Assembly: GCA_023384575.1 (NCBI GenBank)
Contig: JAHDVP010000027.1
Location: 3,962 to 67,961 of the forward strand
From: Acidobacteriota bacterium
Lineage (GTDB): Bacteria; Acidobacteriota; Vicinamibacteria; Vicinamibacterales; JAFNAJ01
Direction: 5' to 3'
DNA length: 64,000 bases
Shown: piece after piece, positions 38,104-46,795 of the stretch
How positions within the stretch are numbered: the stretch's first letter is position 1
Layout of the letters: every line of letters begins with the position of its first letter
The notes under the pieces: model-generated
Database searches by the model: none
The model's input: only the letters and a program-made list of their open reading frames with translations
Told to the model about the DNA's origin: nothing
Translations under genes and position numbers: made by a program

Positions 38104-40278
38104 ATGCTCTACCCGACTCGTGCTCTGTCAGCCGCGACGCTGGCCGTCGCGCTGCTGGCCCTGCCCCTCTCTGCCTCGGCCAACGGTGCCAAGACCACGT
38201 GGTACCTGGCAGAAGGCGCCACCTCGACGACTGGCCTCTTCGACGAGGAGATCATCGTCGTCAACCCGAACGCCTCGACGGCCAGCCTCGTGGTGACCTT
38301 CCTGCCCGAGGGGGCAGCGCCCATCATCGTGCCGCTCGCGGCGGGGCCGACGAGCCGCCTGTCGATCCCCGTGAACGCCTACGTGCCCGGGCTGCCGCAC
38401 GGCACCATCGTCGAGTCGGATCAGCCGGTCGTCGTCGAGCGCACGATGTACTGGTCGCAGGCGTCTCGCCAGGCGGGCCACCACAGCAACGGCGTGACCG
38501 ACCCGGAGTTGACCTGGTATCTCGCGGAAGGCGCGACGGGCTTCTTCAGCACGTTCGTGCTCATCGCCAACCCCGATCCGTCGAACACGGCCCAGGTCAC
38601 GGTCACCTTCCTGCTCGACGACGGCACCACCCACTCGATCGTGCGCAGCGTCGCGCCGCGTTCCCGCCAGACGATCTTCACCAACGTCGACCCCGAGACG
38701 GCGACCGCGCTCGCCAACCGGTCGTTCTCGACCGTCGTCCAGTCGACAAACGGCGTGCGGGTGCTCGTCGAGCGGGCCATGTACTGGAACGCGCTCGGCG
38801 CGGGGCACAACGCCACGGGCGTGACCGGCACCGGCCTGACATGGCTCTTCGCCGAAGGCGTGACGAGCGCCGACTTCCTGACCTACCTGCTGATGGTCAA
38901 CCCGAACGACGACCCGACGCGGGTGCGCATCACATACTACTTCGACGACCAGACGACCGCGGAGCGCTTCTACGACATCGACGCCAGGACCCGGAAGACG
39001 GTGCTCGTGAACGTCGACGGGAACGGCGGCGGTCCCGCCTTCCCGAACCACGTCTTCTCGATCAAGATCGAGAGCATCGCCTCAGGTCTCGGCCCGGCGC
39101 AGCCCATCGTGGCCGAGCGGTCCGTGTACTGGAAGAACTACCTCGAAGGCCATGCCACGGCAGGCGTCAACGAGTCGGCACTCAGCTGGGCGTTTGCCGA
39201 GGGCATCGAAGACGGCCACTACAACACGCAGTTCGACACCTACTACCTGTTCCAGAACGCCACGGGCACGACGGCGCAGGTCGAGGCGACCTTCTACCGC
39301 GAAGACGGCACGGGCGTCGTGAAGACCTTCACCATCCCGGCCAACGCGCGGCAGACCATTGGCGGCTTCCTCTACGAGGAGTTGACGAACCAGAAGTTCT
39401 CGGCGGTCTTCCGCTCGACCAACGGCGTGCCGTTCGTCGCCGAGCGGGCTGTGTACTGGAACGTCTTCACGGGCGGGCACGTCAGTTTCGGCACGCCCTG
39501 GGAGGGTGCCGCCGCGACGCCGCCGGCGCCGCCGCTGCCGACGTTCACCTCGGCGTCGGCGAACCAGGCCCCGACGAGCGGCGGCACGTCGATTGTCGTG
39601 ACGGGCAACAACTTCCCGACAGGGGTCTGGGTGCTCTTCGGCGACACGCCGGCCCTTTCGGTCACCATCGTCGACAAGACGACGGCGATTGTCGTGACGC
39701 CTGGGCGGCCCGCGGGCCCGGTGAACATCACCCTGCAGTTCCCGGCGCTCGGGCTGACGGTACCGACGTCGTTCACCTTCACGTTCGTGGCTCCGCCTCC
39801 GCCGCCACCTCCGCCCCCGCCCCCGCCGCCCACGGGCGACCCGAGCACGTTCAACATCAACAACGTGACGTGGCTGCGGGGCGCGAACATCTCCGGCTTC
39901 GCCGAGACATCGAGAATTACGAGTCTCGACATCAGCATTCCAGGAACGGTGTGCACGTACTACGATGAAGCGGGTCAGTGGCCGCGCACGCCGTTTGGCG
40001 ATATCGAGATCGACGGCAACGTCTGGATCATCGCCTTCATCAACGGCCAGTGGTACGCCGCGACGTGGGACTGGCTGCGGCCCGGCCAGCAGTGCAAGTT
40101 CATCCACGACTCGAACGAGTTCGCCCGGGACCAGATCGGCCAGTTCCCGATGTCCGGCAGTTGGCAGCCGGCCCAGGGCCAGTGGATCGGCTTCATGGTC
40201 TCGACCCGCGCGCGCGATTACGTGGGTCCGGGCCAGCGGCGGACGAACGTCGCGTGGGTCCGTTGGCAGTGGCCGTAA
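38104..40278 (+). CDS. Secreted mosaic protein: 4 tandem ~105-115-aa modules + IPT/TIG domain + Pro13 linker + Trp-rich C-terminal domain
   Basis: Signal peptide MLYPTRALSAATLAVALLALPLSASA. Modules start at aa 31, 137, 245 and 360, each with W-x-[LF]-AEG..NP..V.[VI]T[FY]..ER.[MV]YW..GH. IPT-like segment TSGGTSIVVTGNNFP..VTPGRPAGPVNITL. 13 consecutive Pro (39793-39831). A 145-aa C-terminal domain carries 12 Trp. Confidence 0.85.
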   Translation: MLYPTRALSAATLAVALLALPLSASANGAKTTWYLAEGATSTTGLFDEEIIVVNPNASTASLVVTFLPEGAAPIIVPLAAGPTSRLSIPVNAYVPGLPHGTIVESDQPVVVERTMYWSQASRQAGHHSNGVTDPELTWYLAEGATGFFSTFVLIANPDPSNTAQVTVTFLLDDGTTHSIVRSVAPRSRQTIFTNVDPETATALANRSFSTVVQSTNGVRVLVERAMYWNALGAGHNATGVTGTGLTWLFAEGVTSADFLTYLLMVNPNDDPTRVRITYYFDDQTTAERFYDIDARTRKTVLVNVDGNGGGPAFPNHVFSIKIESIASGLGPAQPIVAERSVYWKNYLEGHATAGVNESALSWAFAEGIEDGHYNTQFDTYYLFQNATGTTAQVEATFYREDGTGVVKTFTIPANARQTIGGFLYEELTNQKFSAVFRSTNGVPFVAERAVYWNVFTGGHVSFGTPWEGAAATPPAPPLPTFTSASANQAPTSGGTSIVVTGNNFPTGVWVLFGDTPALSVTIVDKTTAIVVTPGRPAGPVNITLQFPALGLTVPTSFTFTFVAPPPPPPPPPPPPPTGDPSTFNINNVTWLRGANISGFAETSRITSLDISIPGTVCTYYDEAGQWPRTPFGDIEIDGNVWIIAFINGQWYAATWDWLRPGQQCKFIHDSNEFARDQIGQFPMSGSWQPAQGQWIGFMVSTRARDYVGPGQRRTNVAWVRWQWP

Positions 40279-40307
40279 GCGCGAGGCGGCTCGCCTGACC
40301 GAAGTCC

Positions 40308-40337
40308 GTAGCGCCGGGGCTGAAGCCCCGGCGCTAC
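40308..40337 (+). terminator. Perfect 13-bp hairpin (REP-family member) 30 nt after the stop of the 724-aa gene
   Basis: gtagcgccggggc-tgaa-gccccggcgctac, followed by accuuuc. A second copy of the 3' arm (ggcgctacgg, 40351-40360) can pair with ccgtagcgcc (40305-40314). Confidence 0.5.
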
Positions 40338-40415
40338 ACCTTTCGGCTTCGGCGCTACGGTCGTACGTTCTCCCTCTCACCCTGCTCTCATGCGGCTGTG
40401 CTACAAGCTCGGCCC

Positions 40416-41723
40416 ATGAGACACGCGTGGAGTGCGCTCTCGATCGCGGCGTTCGTCGTCGGTCCCGCCGCCACGGCCGCGGCCGACCCGCCCGCACCGT
40501 CCGTATCATTGGCGTCGTTCTCGATGGCGCGGCAGCCCGGCACCGCGCCGACGGCGCTGACGCTCGAAGCCGTGCTCGAGCGCGTCCTGCGTGAGTCGCC
40601 AATCCGCCGGGCGGCCGCAGCGCTCGTCGACGGCGCCAGCGACGCCGTGCCGCTGGCCGCGCGGCTCCCCAACCCGCTGCTCGAGCTGCGCCAGGAGAAC
40701 TGGAACTTTGGATCGAGCGGCGCGAGCGATCCCTTGCTCGATGCCTTCGCGGTCGTCACCCAGCCCATCGAACTCGGCGGCAAGCGTGCGGCGCGCCGGC
40801 AGCTCGCCGAAGCCGAGCGGTCGATGACCGAGGCCGGGCTCGCCGACGTCGAGCGGCAGCTGTCGCTGGCCGTGGTCGACCGGTACGTCCAGGCGGTGCG
40901 CCTGCGCGAGTGGACCGTCACGCTCGCCGACGAGCGCGACAGCCTGCAGGAGCTGACCGACGTGATGCGCCGCCGCGTCGACGAGGGTGCCGCGGCCGAA
41001 GCCGACCATCGCAAGCTCGAGGCCGAGCTGACGCGCGTCGACGCCGAGCTGCTCCGCGCCCAGTTGGGTCTCGACGCGGCCCTGCTGGCGCTCGAAGCGC
41101 TGCTTGCCGACGGCACGCCCGTGGAGCCCGCCGCGCTCGTCGTACCGGCCCCGCCAGCCGTACCCGCCGTTCTGCCAGAGGCGACGCTCGACGAGGCGGT
41201 CGAACGGGCTCCGGCGGTGACCCTGGCGCGGGCCCGCGCCGAACGTGCAGCCCGGCAGCTGCGGCTCGAGCGCGCCGTGCGCGTGCCCGACCTGCAGGTC
41301 TCGGGTGGCTACAAGCGGACCGACGGCGCACACACCGGTGTCGTCGGGGTCGTGCTGCCGGTGCCCCTGTTCGACCGCAACGGCGTGGCCATCGCGCGCG
41401 CGAGTGGCGAGGCGCGCGCAGCCGACCTCGGTCTCGAGGGCGCGCGCCGCGAGGCCCGCGCCGACCTCCAGGCCACGCTGCGCGCGGCGCGCTCGCTTGC
41501 CAGCCGGTCGACCCGGACGCCCTCGGAACTCGCCGCCCCGGCCGAGGTCGTGCGCCGGGCCGCCCGGGCCCTGTTCCGCGAGGGTTCGGGCGACGTGCTC
41601 CACCTCGTCGACGCCGAACGCGTGTACGCGACGGCCCAACGTGAGGCTCTGGCACTCACCCTCGATGCCGTGGTGGCATCGGCGCGCGCCCGCCTCGCTC
41701 TCGGAGAGTCGTTGATCCCATGA
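40416..41723 (+). CDS. Outer-membrane efflux protein, CzcC/TolC family
   Basis: Signal peptide MRHAWSALSIAAFVVGPAATAAA, LTLEAVLERVLRESP, and two OEP repeats. The GTG at 40398 is an alternative start. Confidence 0.85.
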   Translation: MRHAWSALSIAAFVVGPAATAAADPPAPSVSLASFSMARQPGTAPTALTLEAVLERVLRESPIRRAAAALVDGASDAVPLAARLPNPLLELRQENWNFGSSGASDPLLDAFAVVTQPIELGGKRAARRQLAEAERSMTEAGLADVERQLSLAVVDRYVQAVRLREWTVTLADERDSLQELTDVMRRRVDEGAAAEADHRKLEAELTRVDAELLRAQLGLDAALLALEALLADGTPVEPAALVVPAPPAVPAVLPEATLDEAVERAPAVTLARARAERAARQLRLERAVRVPDLQVSGGYKRTDGAHTGVVGVVLPVPLFDRNGVAIARASGEARAADLGLEGARREARADLQATLRAARSLASRSTRTPSELAAPAEVVRRAARALFREGSGDVLHLVDAERVYATAQREALALTLDAVVASARARLALGESLIP

Positions 41724-42958
41724 CCTCGAGCGACACCACCCCGTCGACCACCCGCCTTCCCCTTGTCGTCGCGGCCGGCCTCGGCGTCGGCGTCCTTTTC
41801 CTGGCCTGGTGGCTCTCGCGCCCGGACGCCGGTTTCGACGCCCCGCCGGTGTACGAGGCCGAGCTGACCGACGACGGCGCCGTGATCCTGCCCCCTGAGA
41901 TGATCGCGGCGGCAGGATTGGTGGTCGTCGACGTCGAGTCGGACACCCGGCCCGACACCTTCGAGGCCACCGCGCTCGTCGCCCTCGACGAGGCCCGCAC
42001 GGCGAGGATTGGCTCGCTCGTCGAAGGCGTGGTGTCGGCGACCTACCGTGAGGTGGGAGCGCGCGTCGCAGCCGGCACGGTGCTCGCCGCCATCCACAGC
42101 CACGTGGTCCACGACGCCTGGGCCGGCTACCGCAAAGCCGTCGCCGACCGTCGTCGCCTGGCCAATGAGGTCTCGTACGCCACGCAGGCCGAGGCGCGCG
42201 CCACGCGTCTGTTCGCGGATCGCGCCGTCTCGACCCAGGCGGTCGAACGCGCGCAGGCCGATCGCCTGGCCGCCGAGGAGCAGCTCGTCGCCGCCGATGC
42301 CGAGGTCCGCCGTGCGACCGACGAGCTCGAGCACCTCGGCATCGACGCGACCGCCGACGCGACCAGGGAGGACGTCGACCGGGTACCCGCCCGCGCGCCG
42401 ATCGGCGGGGTGGTCCTCGAACGGCTCGTGACGCCGGGAACGGCCGTCACCCCGGGGACACCCCTCTTCGTCGTGAGCGACATCGCCAGCGTGTGGGTCC
42501 TGGCCGAGATCGACGAGCGCCGCATCGCGCAGGTGGCGCTCGGGCAACCTGCGGTCGTCCGGGTCTCGGCCTATCCCGACGACGCGTTCGCCGGGCGCGT
42601 CACCTTCGTCGGCGACACGGTGAACCCCCGCACGCGCCGCGTGCTCGTCCGCTGCGAGGTCCCGAACCCCGAAGGCCGGCTCAAGCCCGAGATGTTCGCC
42701 ACGGTGACGCTCGGCTCGGGCGAGCCCCGCACGGTCGTCACCGTCCCGGCCGTCGCGGTTCACGACCTCGAGGGCCACGCCGTGGTGTTCGTCGAAGAGG
42801 CCCCCGGCCGGTTTCGACCGCGGCGCGTGGTGATCGCGACCGAGCGGAACGGGCGCGTCGACGTGATCGACGGCCTCGGTCGCGGCCTGCGGGTCGCGAC
42901 GACCGGAAGCTTCCTCGTCAAGTCGGAGCTGCTGCGCTCCGCGCTCGTGGAGGACTAG
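41720..42958 (+). CDS. RND efflux periplasmic adaptor (CzcB/CusB-like)
   Basis: ATGA overlap with the upstream gene. N-terminal TM, IGSLVEGVV..VGARVAAGTVLA, a hairpin, APIGGVVLERLVTPG and RLKPEMFATV. Confidence 0.9.
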   Translation: MTSSDTTPSTTRLPLVVAAGLGVGVLFLAWWLSRPDAGFDAPPVYEAELTDDGAVILPPEMIAAAGLVVVDVESDTRPDTFEATALVALDEARTARIGSLVEGVVSATYREVGARVAAGTVLAAIHSHVVHDAWAGYRKAVADRRRLANEVSYATQAEARATRLFADRAVSTQAVERAQADRLAAEEQLVAADAEVRRATDELEHLGIDATADATREDVDRVPARAPIGGVVLERLVTPGTAVTPGTPLFVVSDIASVWVLAEIDERRIAQVALGQPAVVRVSAYPDDAFAGRVTFVGDTVNPRTRRVLVRCEVPNPEGRLKPEMFATVTLGSGEPRTVVTVPAVAVHDLEGHAVVFVEEAPGRFRPRRVVIATERNGRVDVIDGLGRGLRVATTGSFLVKSELLRSALVED

Positions 42959-42963
42959 TCGCG

Positions 42964-45900
42964 ATGGGCCTCGTCGAGCGATTCGTCGCTGCCGCGCTGC
43001 GGCAGCGGTTCTTCGTCCTCCTGTGCGTCGCGGCCCTCGTCGTGACGGGCATCGTGGCGGTCCGCGACCTGCCCGTCGAGGCGTTTCCGGACCTCACGAA
43101 CAACCAGGTCGTGGTGGTGATCGACGCCGAGGGCATGGCGGCTCCCGAGGTCGAACAACGCATCACCTACCCGGTCGAGACCGCCCTGATGGGGACGCCC
43201 GGCGCCCAGGAAGTGCGTTCGATCTCCAAGTTCGGCCTCTCCATCGTCACCGTCGTCTTCGAGGACCGCGTCCCGGTGTACTTCGCGCGCCAGCTCGTGA
43301 CGGAGCGGCTGGCCGACGCGCGCGGCCGTCTCCCGGAGGGGCTCGAGCCCGTGCTCGGCCCGGTGGCCACCGCCTTCGGCGAGATCTACCAGTACCTCGT
43401 CGAGGGCGAGACGGCCGACGCGATGCAGCGCAAGACGCTGCACGACTGGGAGATTCGCAACCGGCTGCGTGGCGTGCGCGGCGTGAGCGAGATCAACTCG
43501 TGGGGCGGCCTCACCCAGCAGTACCACGTCGTGGTCGACCCCGTTCGGCTCGACAAGTTCGGGCTCGCCCTCGGCCAGGTGATCGACGCCATCGCGCGGA
43601 ACAACGTGTCGTTCAGCGGCGGGTTCATCGAGCACCGCGGCGAGCGCGTCACGGTGCGCGGCCTTGGCCTCGCCACGGGCGAATCCGACATCGAACGGGT
43701 CGTGCTCGCCGCGGCCGACGGCGCGCCCGTCTTCGTCGGCGACGTGGCCACCGTGCGAACCGGGCCGATGCCCCGGCAGGGAGCCGTGACCCGCGACGGC
43801 CGGGGCGAGACCGTCTCGGGCATGGTGATCATGCTGAAGGGCGAGAACGGCCGCGACGTCGCCGAGCGCGTCAAGGTCCGGGTCGAGGAAATCCAGAAGA
43901 CGCTCCCCGCCGGCCTCTCGATCGTGCCGTTCTACGATCAGACCGAGGTCATCAACCGCACGGCACGCACCGTCCGCACCAACCTCCTCGAGGGCTCGCT
44001 GCTCGTCGTCGCCGTGCTGCTCGTCTTCCTGCGCGACATCCGCGCCGCGCTCATCGTCGCCGCGGTGATCCCGCTCTCGATGCTCGCCGGCTTCGTCGGC
44101 ATGCGCGTCTTCGGCGTGTCGGCCAACCTCATGTCGCTCGGCGCCATCGACTTCGGCCTGATCGTCGACGGCGCCGTCGTGATGATGGAGAACTTCGTCA
44201 GGCGCCGGGCGCACGCGCCGCCCGAGATGTTCGACGGCCCGCGCGAGCACCGCGCCGCGGTACGCCGGCAGGTGTTCACGTCGGCCGCCGTCGAGGTCGC
44301 CCGCCCCGTCCTCTTCGGCGTCCTCATCATCATCGCCGTCTACCTGCCGATCTTCACGCTCGAGGGGCTCGAGGGCAAGATGTTCCGGCCGATGGCGATC
44401 ACGGTCTGCTCGGCACTCTTCGGCGCGCTGGTGCTCGCGCTCACCGCCGTCCCCGTCGCCTCGTCGTGGTTGCTCAAGATGGGAGGCGGAGGGCACCAGG
44501 AGGACCGCTGGTTCGTCAGGCTCCGCGAGCGGTACGTCGGTCACCTCGAGGACGCGATGAACCACCGTCCGCGCACGCTGGGGGTCGCGGCCGTGGTCGT
44601 CACCGCGGCCGTCGCCTCCATCCCGTTTCTCGGCACGGAGTTCATGCCGCGGCTCGACGAGGGCGCGATCCTGGTCGAGACGCGGAAGCTGCCGTCGGTG
44701 TCGATCGACGAGTCGGTCGCCATCTCCACCCAGGTCGAGTCGCTGCTGGCTCCCATGCCGGAGGTACGCCAGATCGTGACGAAGCTCGGGCGTCCCGACC
44801 TCGCGACCGAGGCCATGGGGATCTATCAGGGCGACGTGTACGTCAACCTCCACCCGGCCGACCGGTGGCCGCGTTTCAAGACCAAGGAGGCGCTCGTCGA
44901 CGAGATGGCCGCGCGCCTGTCGGCCATCCCGGGCCTCAGCGTCAACTTCACCCAGCCAATGGCGATGCGGCTCGACGAGGTGGTGTCGGGTGTCAAGGCG
45001 GACGTCGCCGTGAAGATCTTCGGCCCCGACACCGGCGAGCTGGAACGTCTCGGCGAGGAGATCCGCCAGGCGCTCGAACGGGTGCGCGGGGCCGCCGACG
45101 TGCAGGTCGAGGTCCTCTCCGGCGCCGCGCAGATCGAGATCGTCGTCGACCGGGAGGCCACGGCGCGGTTCGGGCTCAACGTCACCGACGTGCAGCAGTT
45201 CGTCGAGGCCGCCGTCGGCGGCATCACCGCGACCGAGCTGCTCGACGGCGCCCGGCGTTTCGCGGTCGTCGTCAAGCTGCCGGAGGAGTACCGGCGCGAC
45301 AAGGCCGCCATCGGGGCCCTGCTCCTCACGGCGCCGGGCGGCGAACGCGTGCCCCTGTCGCGCGTCGCGCGCATCGAGCAGACCCGCACGCCCGAGACGA
45401 TCTCGCACGAGAACGGCGAGCGACGGCTCGTCGTCCAGGCCAACGTGCGCGGCCGGGACATCGGCGGGTTCGTCGGTGACGCGCGGCGGGTCGTCGAGGC
45501 GGTCCGCCTCCCGAGCGGTTACTACCTCGACTGGGGCGGCCAGTTCGAGAACCAGCAGCGCGCCATGGCGCGCCTCGCCATCGTCGTTCCCCTGTCGCTC
45601 GCGATCATCTTCGTGCTGCTCTTCGTCACGTTCAACCGCGTCAGACAGGCCGCGCTCATCATCCTCAACGTGCCGTTCGCACTCGTCGGCGGCGTGGGTG
45701 CCCTCTGGATTCGCGGACTGACCCTCAATCTCTCGGCCTCGATCGGCTTCATCGCGCTCTTCGGCGTCGCCGTGCTGAACGGGGTCGTGATGATTGCGGC
45801 GATCAACGGCCTGCGGGCCGAGGGACGCGGGCTGCGTGAGTCCATCCTCGACGGTGCCGGCACCCGGCTCAAGCCGGTGCTGATGACGGCCCTCGTCGCG

Positions 45901-46071
45901 TCGCTCGGCTTCGTCCCGATGGCGCTCTCGCAGGGCGCGGGCGCCGAAGTCCAGCGTCCCCTGGCCACGGTCGTGATCGGGGGGCTCATCACCTCGACGC
46001 TGCTGACCCTGATCGTCCTGCCCACGCTGTATGAGATCATCGAGCGGCGAGCGGCCCGGCGCGCCTCCTGA
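42964..46071 (+). CDS. Heavy-metal-efflux (HME) RND pump, CzcA/CusA family
   Basis: MGLVERFVAAALRQRFFVLL..VEAFPDLTNNQVVVV..GEIYQY..WEIRNRL..GAIDFGLIVDGAVVMMEN. 1035 aa. The track ORF 42493..46071 over-extends. Confidence 0.95.
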   Translation: MGLVERFVAAALRQRFFVLLCVAALVVTGIVAVRDLPVEAFPDLTNNQVVVVIDAEGMAAPEVEQRITYPVETALMGTPGAQEVRSISKFGLSIVTVVFEDRVPVYFARQLVTERLADARGRLPEGLEPVLGPVATAFGEIYQYLVEGETADAMQRKTLHDWEIRNRLRGVRGVSEINSWGGLTQQYHVVVDPVRLDKFGLALGQVIDAIARNNVSFSGGFIEHRGERVTVRGLGLATGESDIERVVLAAADGAPVFVGDVATVRTGPMPRQGAVTRDGRGETVSGMVIMLKGENGRDVAERVKVRVEEIQKTLPAGLSIVPFYDQTEVINRTARTVRTNLLEGSLLVVAVLLVFLRDIRAALIVAAVIPLSMLAGFVGMRVFGVSANLMSLGAIDFGLIVDGAVVMMENFVRRRAHAPPEMFDGPREHRAAVRRQVFTSAAVEVARPVLFGVLIIIAVYLPIFTLEGLEGKMFRPMAITVCSALFGALVLALTAVPVASSWLLKMGGGGHQEDRWFVRLRERYVGHLEDAMNHRPRTLGVAAVVVTAAVASIPFLGTEFMPRLDEGAILVETRKLPSVSIDESVAISTQVESLLAPMPEVRQIVTKLGRPDLATEAMGIYQGDVYVNLHPADRWPRFKTKEALVDEMAARLSAIPGLSVNFTQPMAMRLDEVVSGVKADVAVKIFGPDTGELERLGEEIRQALERVRGAADVQVEVLSGAAQIEIVVDREATARFGLNVTDVQQFVEAAVGGITATELLDGARRFAVVVKLPEEYRRDKAAIGALLLTAPGGERVPLSRVARIEQTRTPETISHENGERRLVVQANVRGRDIGGFVGDARRVVEAVRLPSGYYLDWGGQFENQQRAMARLAIVVPLSLAIIFVLLFVTFNRVRQAALIILNVPFALVGGVGALWIRGLTLNLSASIGFIALFGVAVLNGVVMIAAINGLRAEGRGLRESILDGAGTRLKPVLMTALVASLGFVPMALSQGAGAEVQRPLATVVIGGLITSTLLTLIVLPTLYEIIERRAARRAS

Positions 46072-46099
46072 GGGCGCGGCGGCGCAGGCCGGGGGAAGG

Positions 46100-46795
46100 A
46101 TGCGCCTGCTGCTGGTGGAAGACGACCCGAAGATCAGCCACTTCCTCGTGAAGGGCCTGCGCGAGGACCAGCACCTCGTCGACCTCGTCGAGGACGGGCT
46201 GCGCGCCGAGGAACAGGCCTCGGTCGAGGCCTACGACGCCATCCTGCTCGACGTGATGCTGCCCGGCCTCGACGGCTTCACCGTCTGCCGGCGGCTGCGG
46301 GCGCAGGGGGTCGATACGCCGATTCTCGTCATCACGGCCCGTGATGCCGTGCACGAACGGGTCGAGGGCCTCGACGCCGGCGCCGACGACTACCTCGTGA
46401 AGCCGTTCGCCTTCGACGAACTGCTCGCCCGTCTGCGCGCGCTGACCCGCCGCGGCCGCACGCGGCACCTCTCGGCCGAGCTGCGCTACGGGCCCATCGC
46501 CATCCTGCAGCACGACCATCTCGTGCACCTCGATGACGTGCCGGTCGCGCTCACCGCCACCGAGTACCGGCTGCTCGAGTACCTCGTCCGGCGCGCCGAG
46601 TGCATCGTCTCCCGCGACCAGCTGGCCTCGCACGTGTGGGGCGACGGGGTCGACCGCGCCTCGAACGTGACCGACGTCTACATCGGATACCTGCGCCGCA
46701 AGCTCGGTCGGCACGGCGCCATGATTCAAACCGTGCGGGGGCTGGGGTACCTGCTCAAGGCCCCCCTCTCCCCCGCACCGGCCGACGCGTCGTGA
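46100..46795 (+). CDS. OmpR-family response regulator (CusR/CopR-like)
   Basis: MRLLLVEDDPKI..LLDVMLPGLDG..ITARD..YLVKPF, plus a winged helix (LTATEYRLLEYL..VDVYIGYLRRKL..TVRGLGY). GGGGGAAGG SD. Confidence 0.95.
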   Translation: MRLLLVEDDPKISHFLVKGLREDQHLVDLVEDGLRAEEQASVEAYDAILLDVMLPGLDGFTVCRRLRAQGVDTPILVITARDAVHERVEGLDAGADDYLVKPFAFDELLARLRALTRRGRTRHLSAELRYGPIAILQHDHLVHLDDVPVALTATEYRLLEYLVRRAECIVSRDQLASHVWGDGVDRASNVTDVYIGYLRRKLGRHGAMIQTVRGLGYLLKAPLSPAPADAS

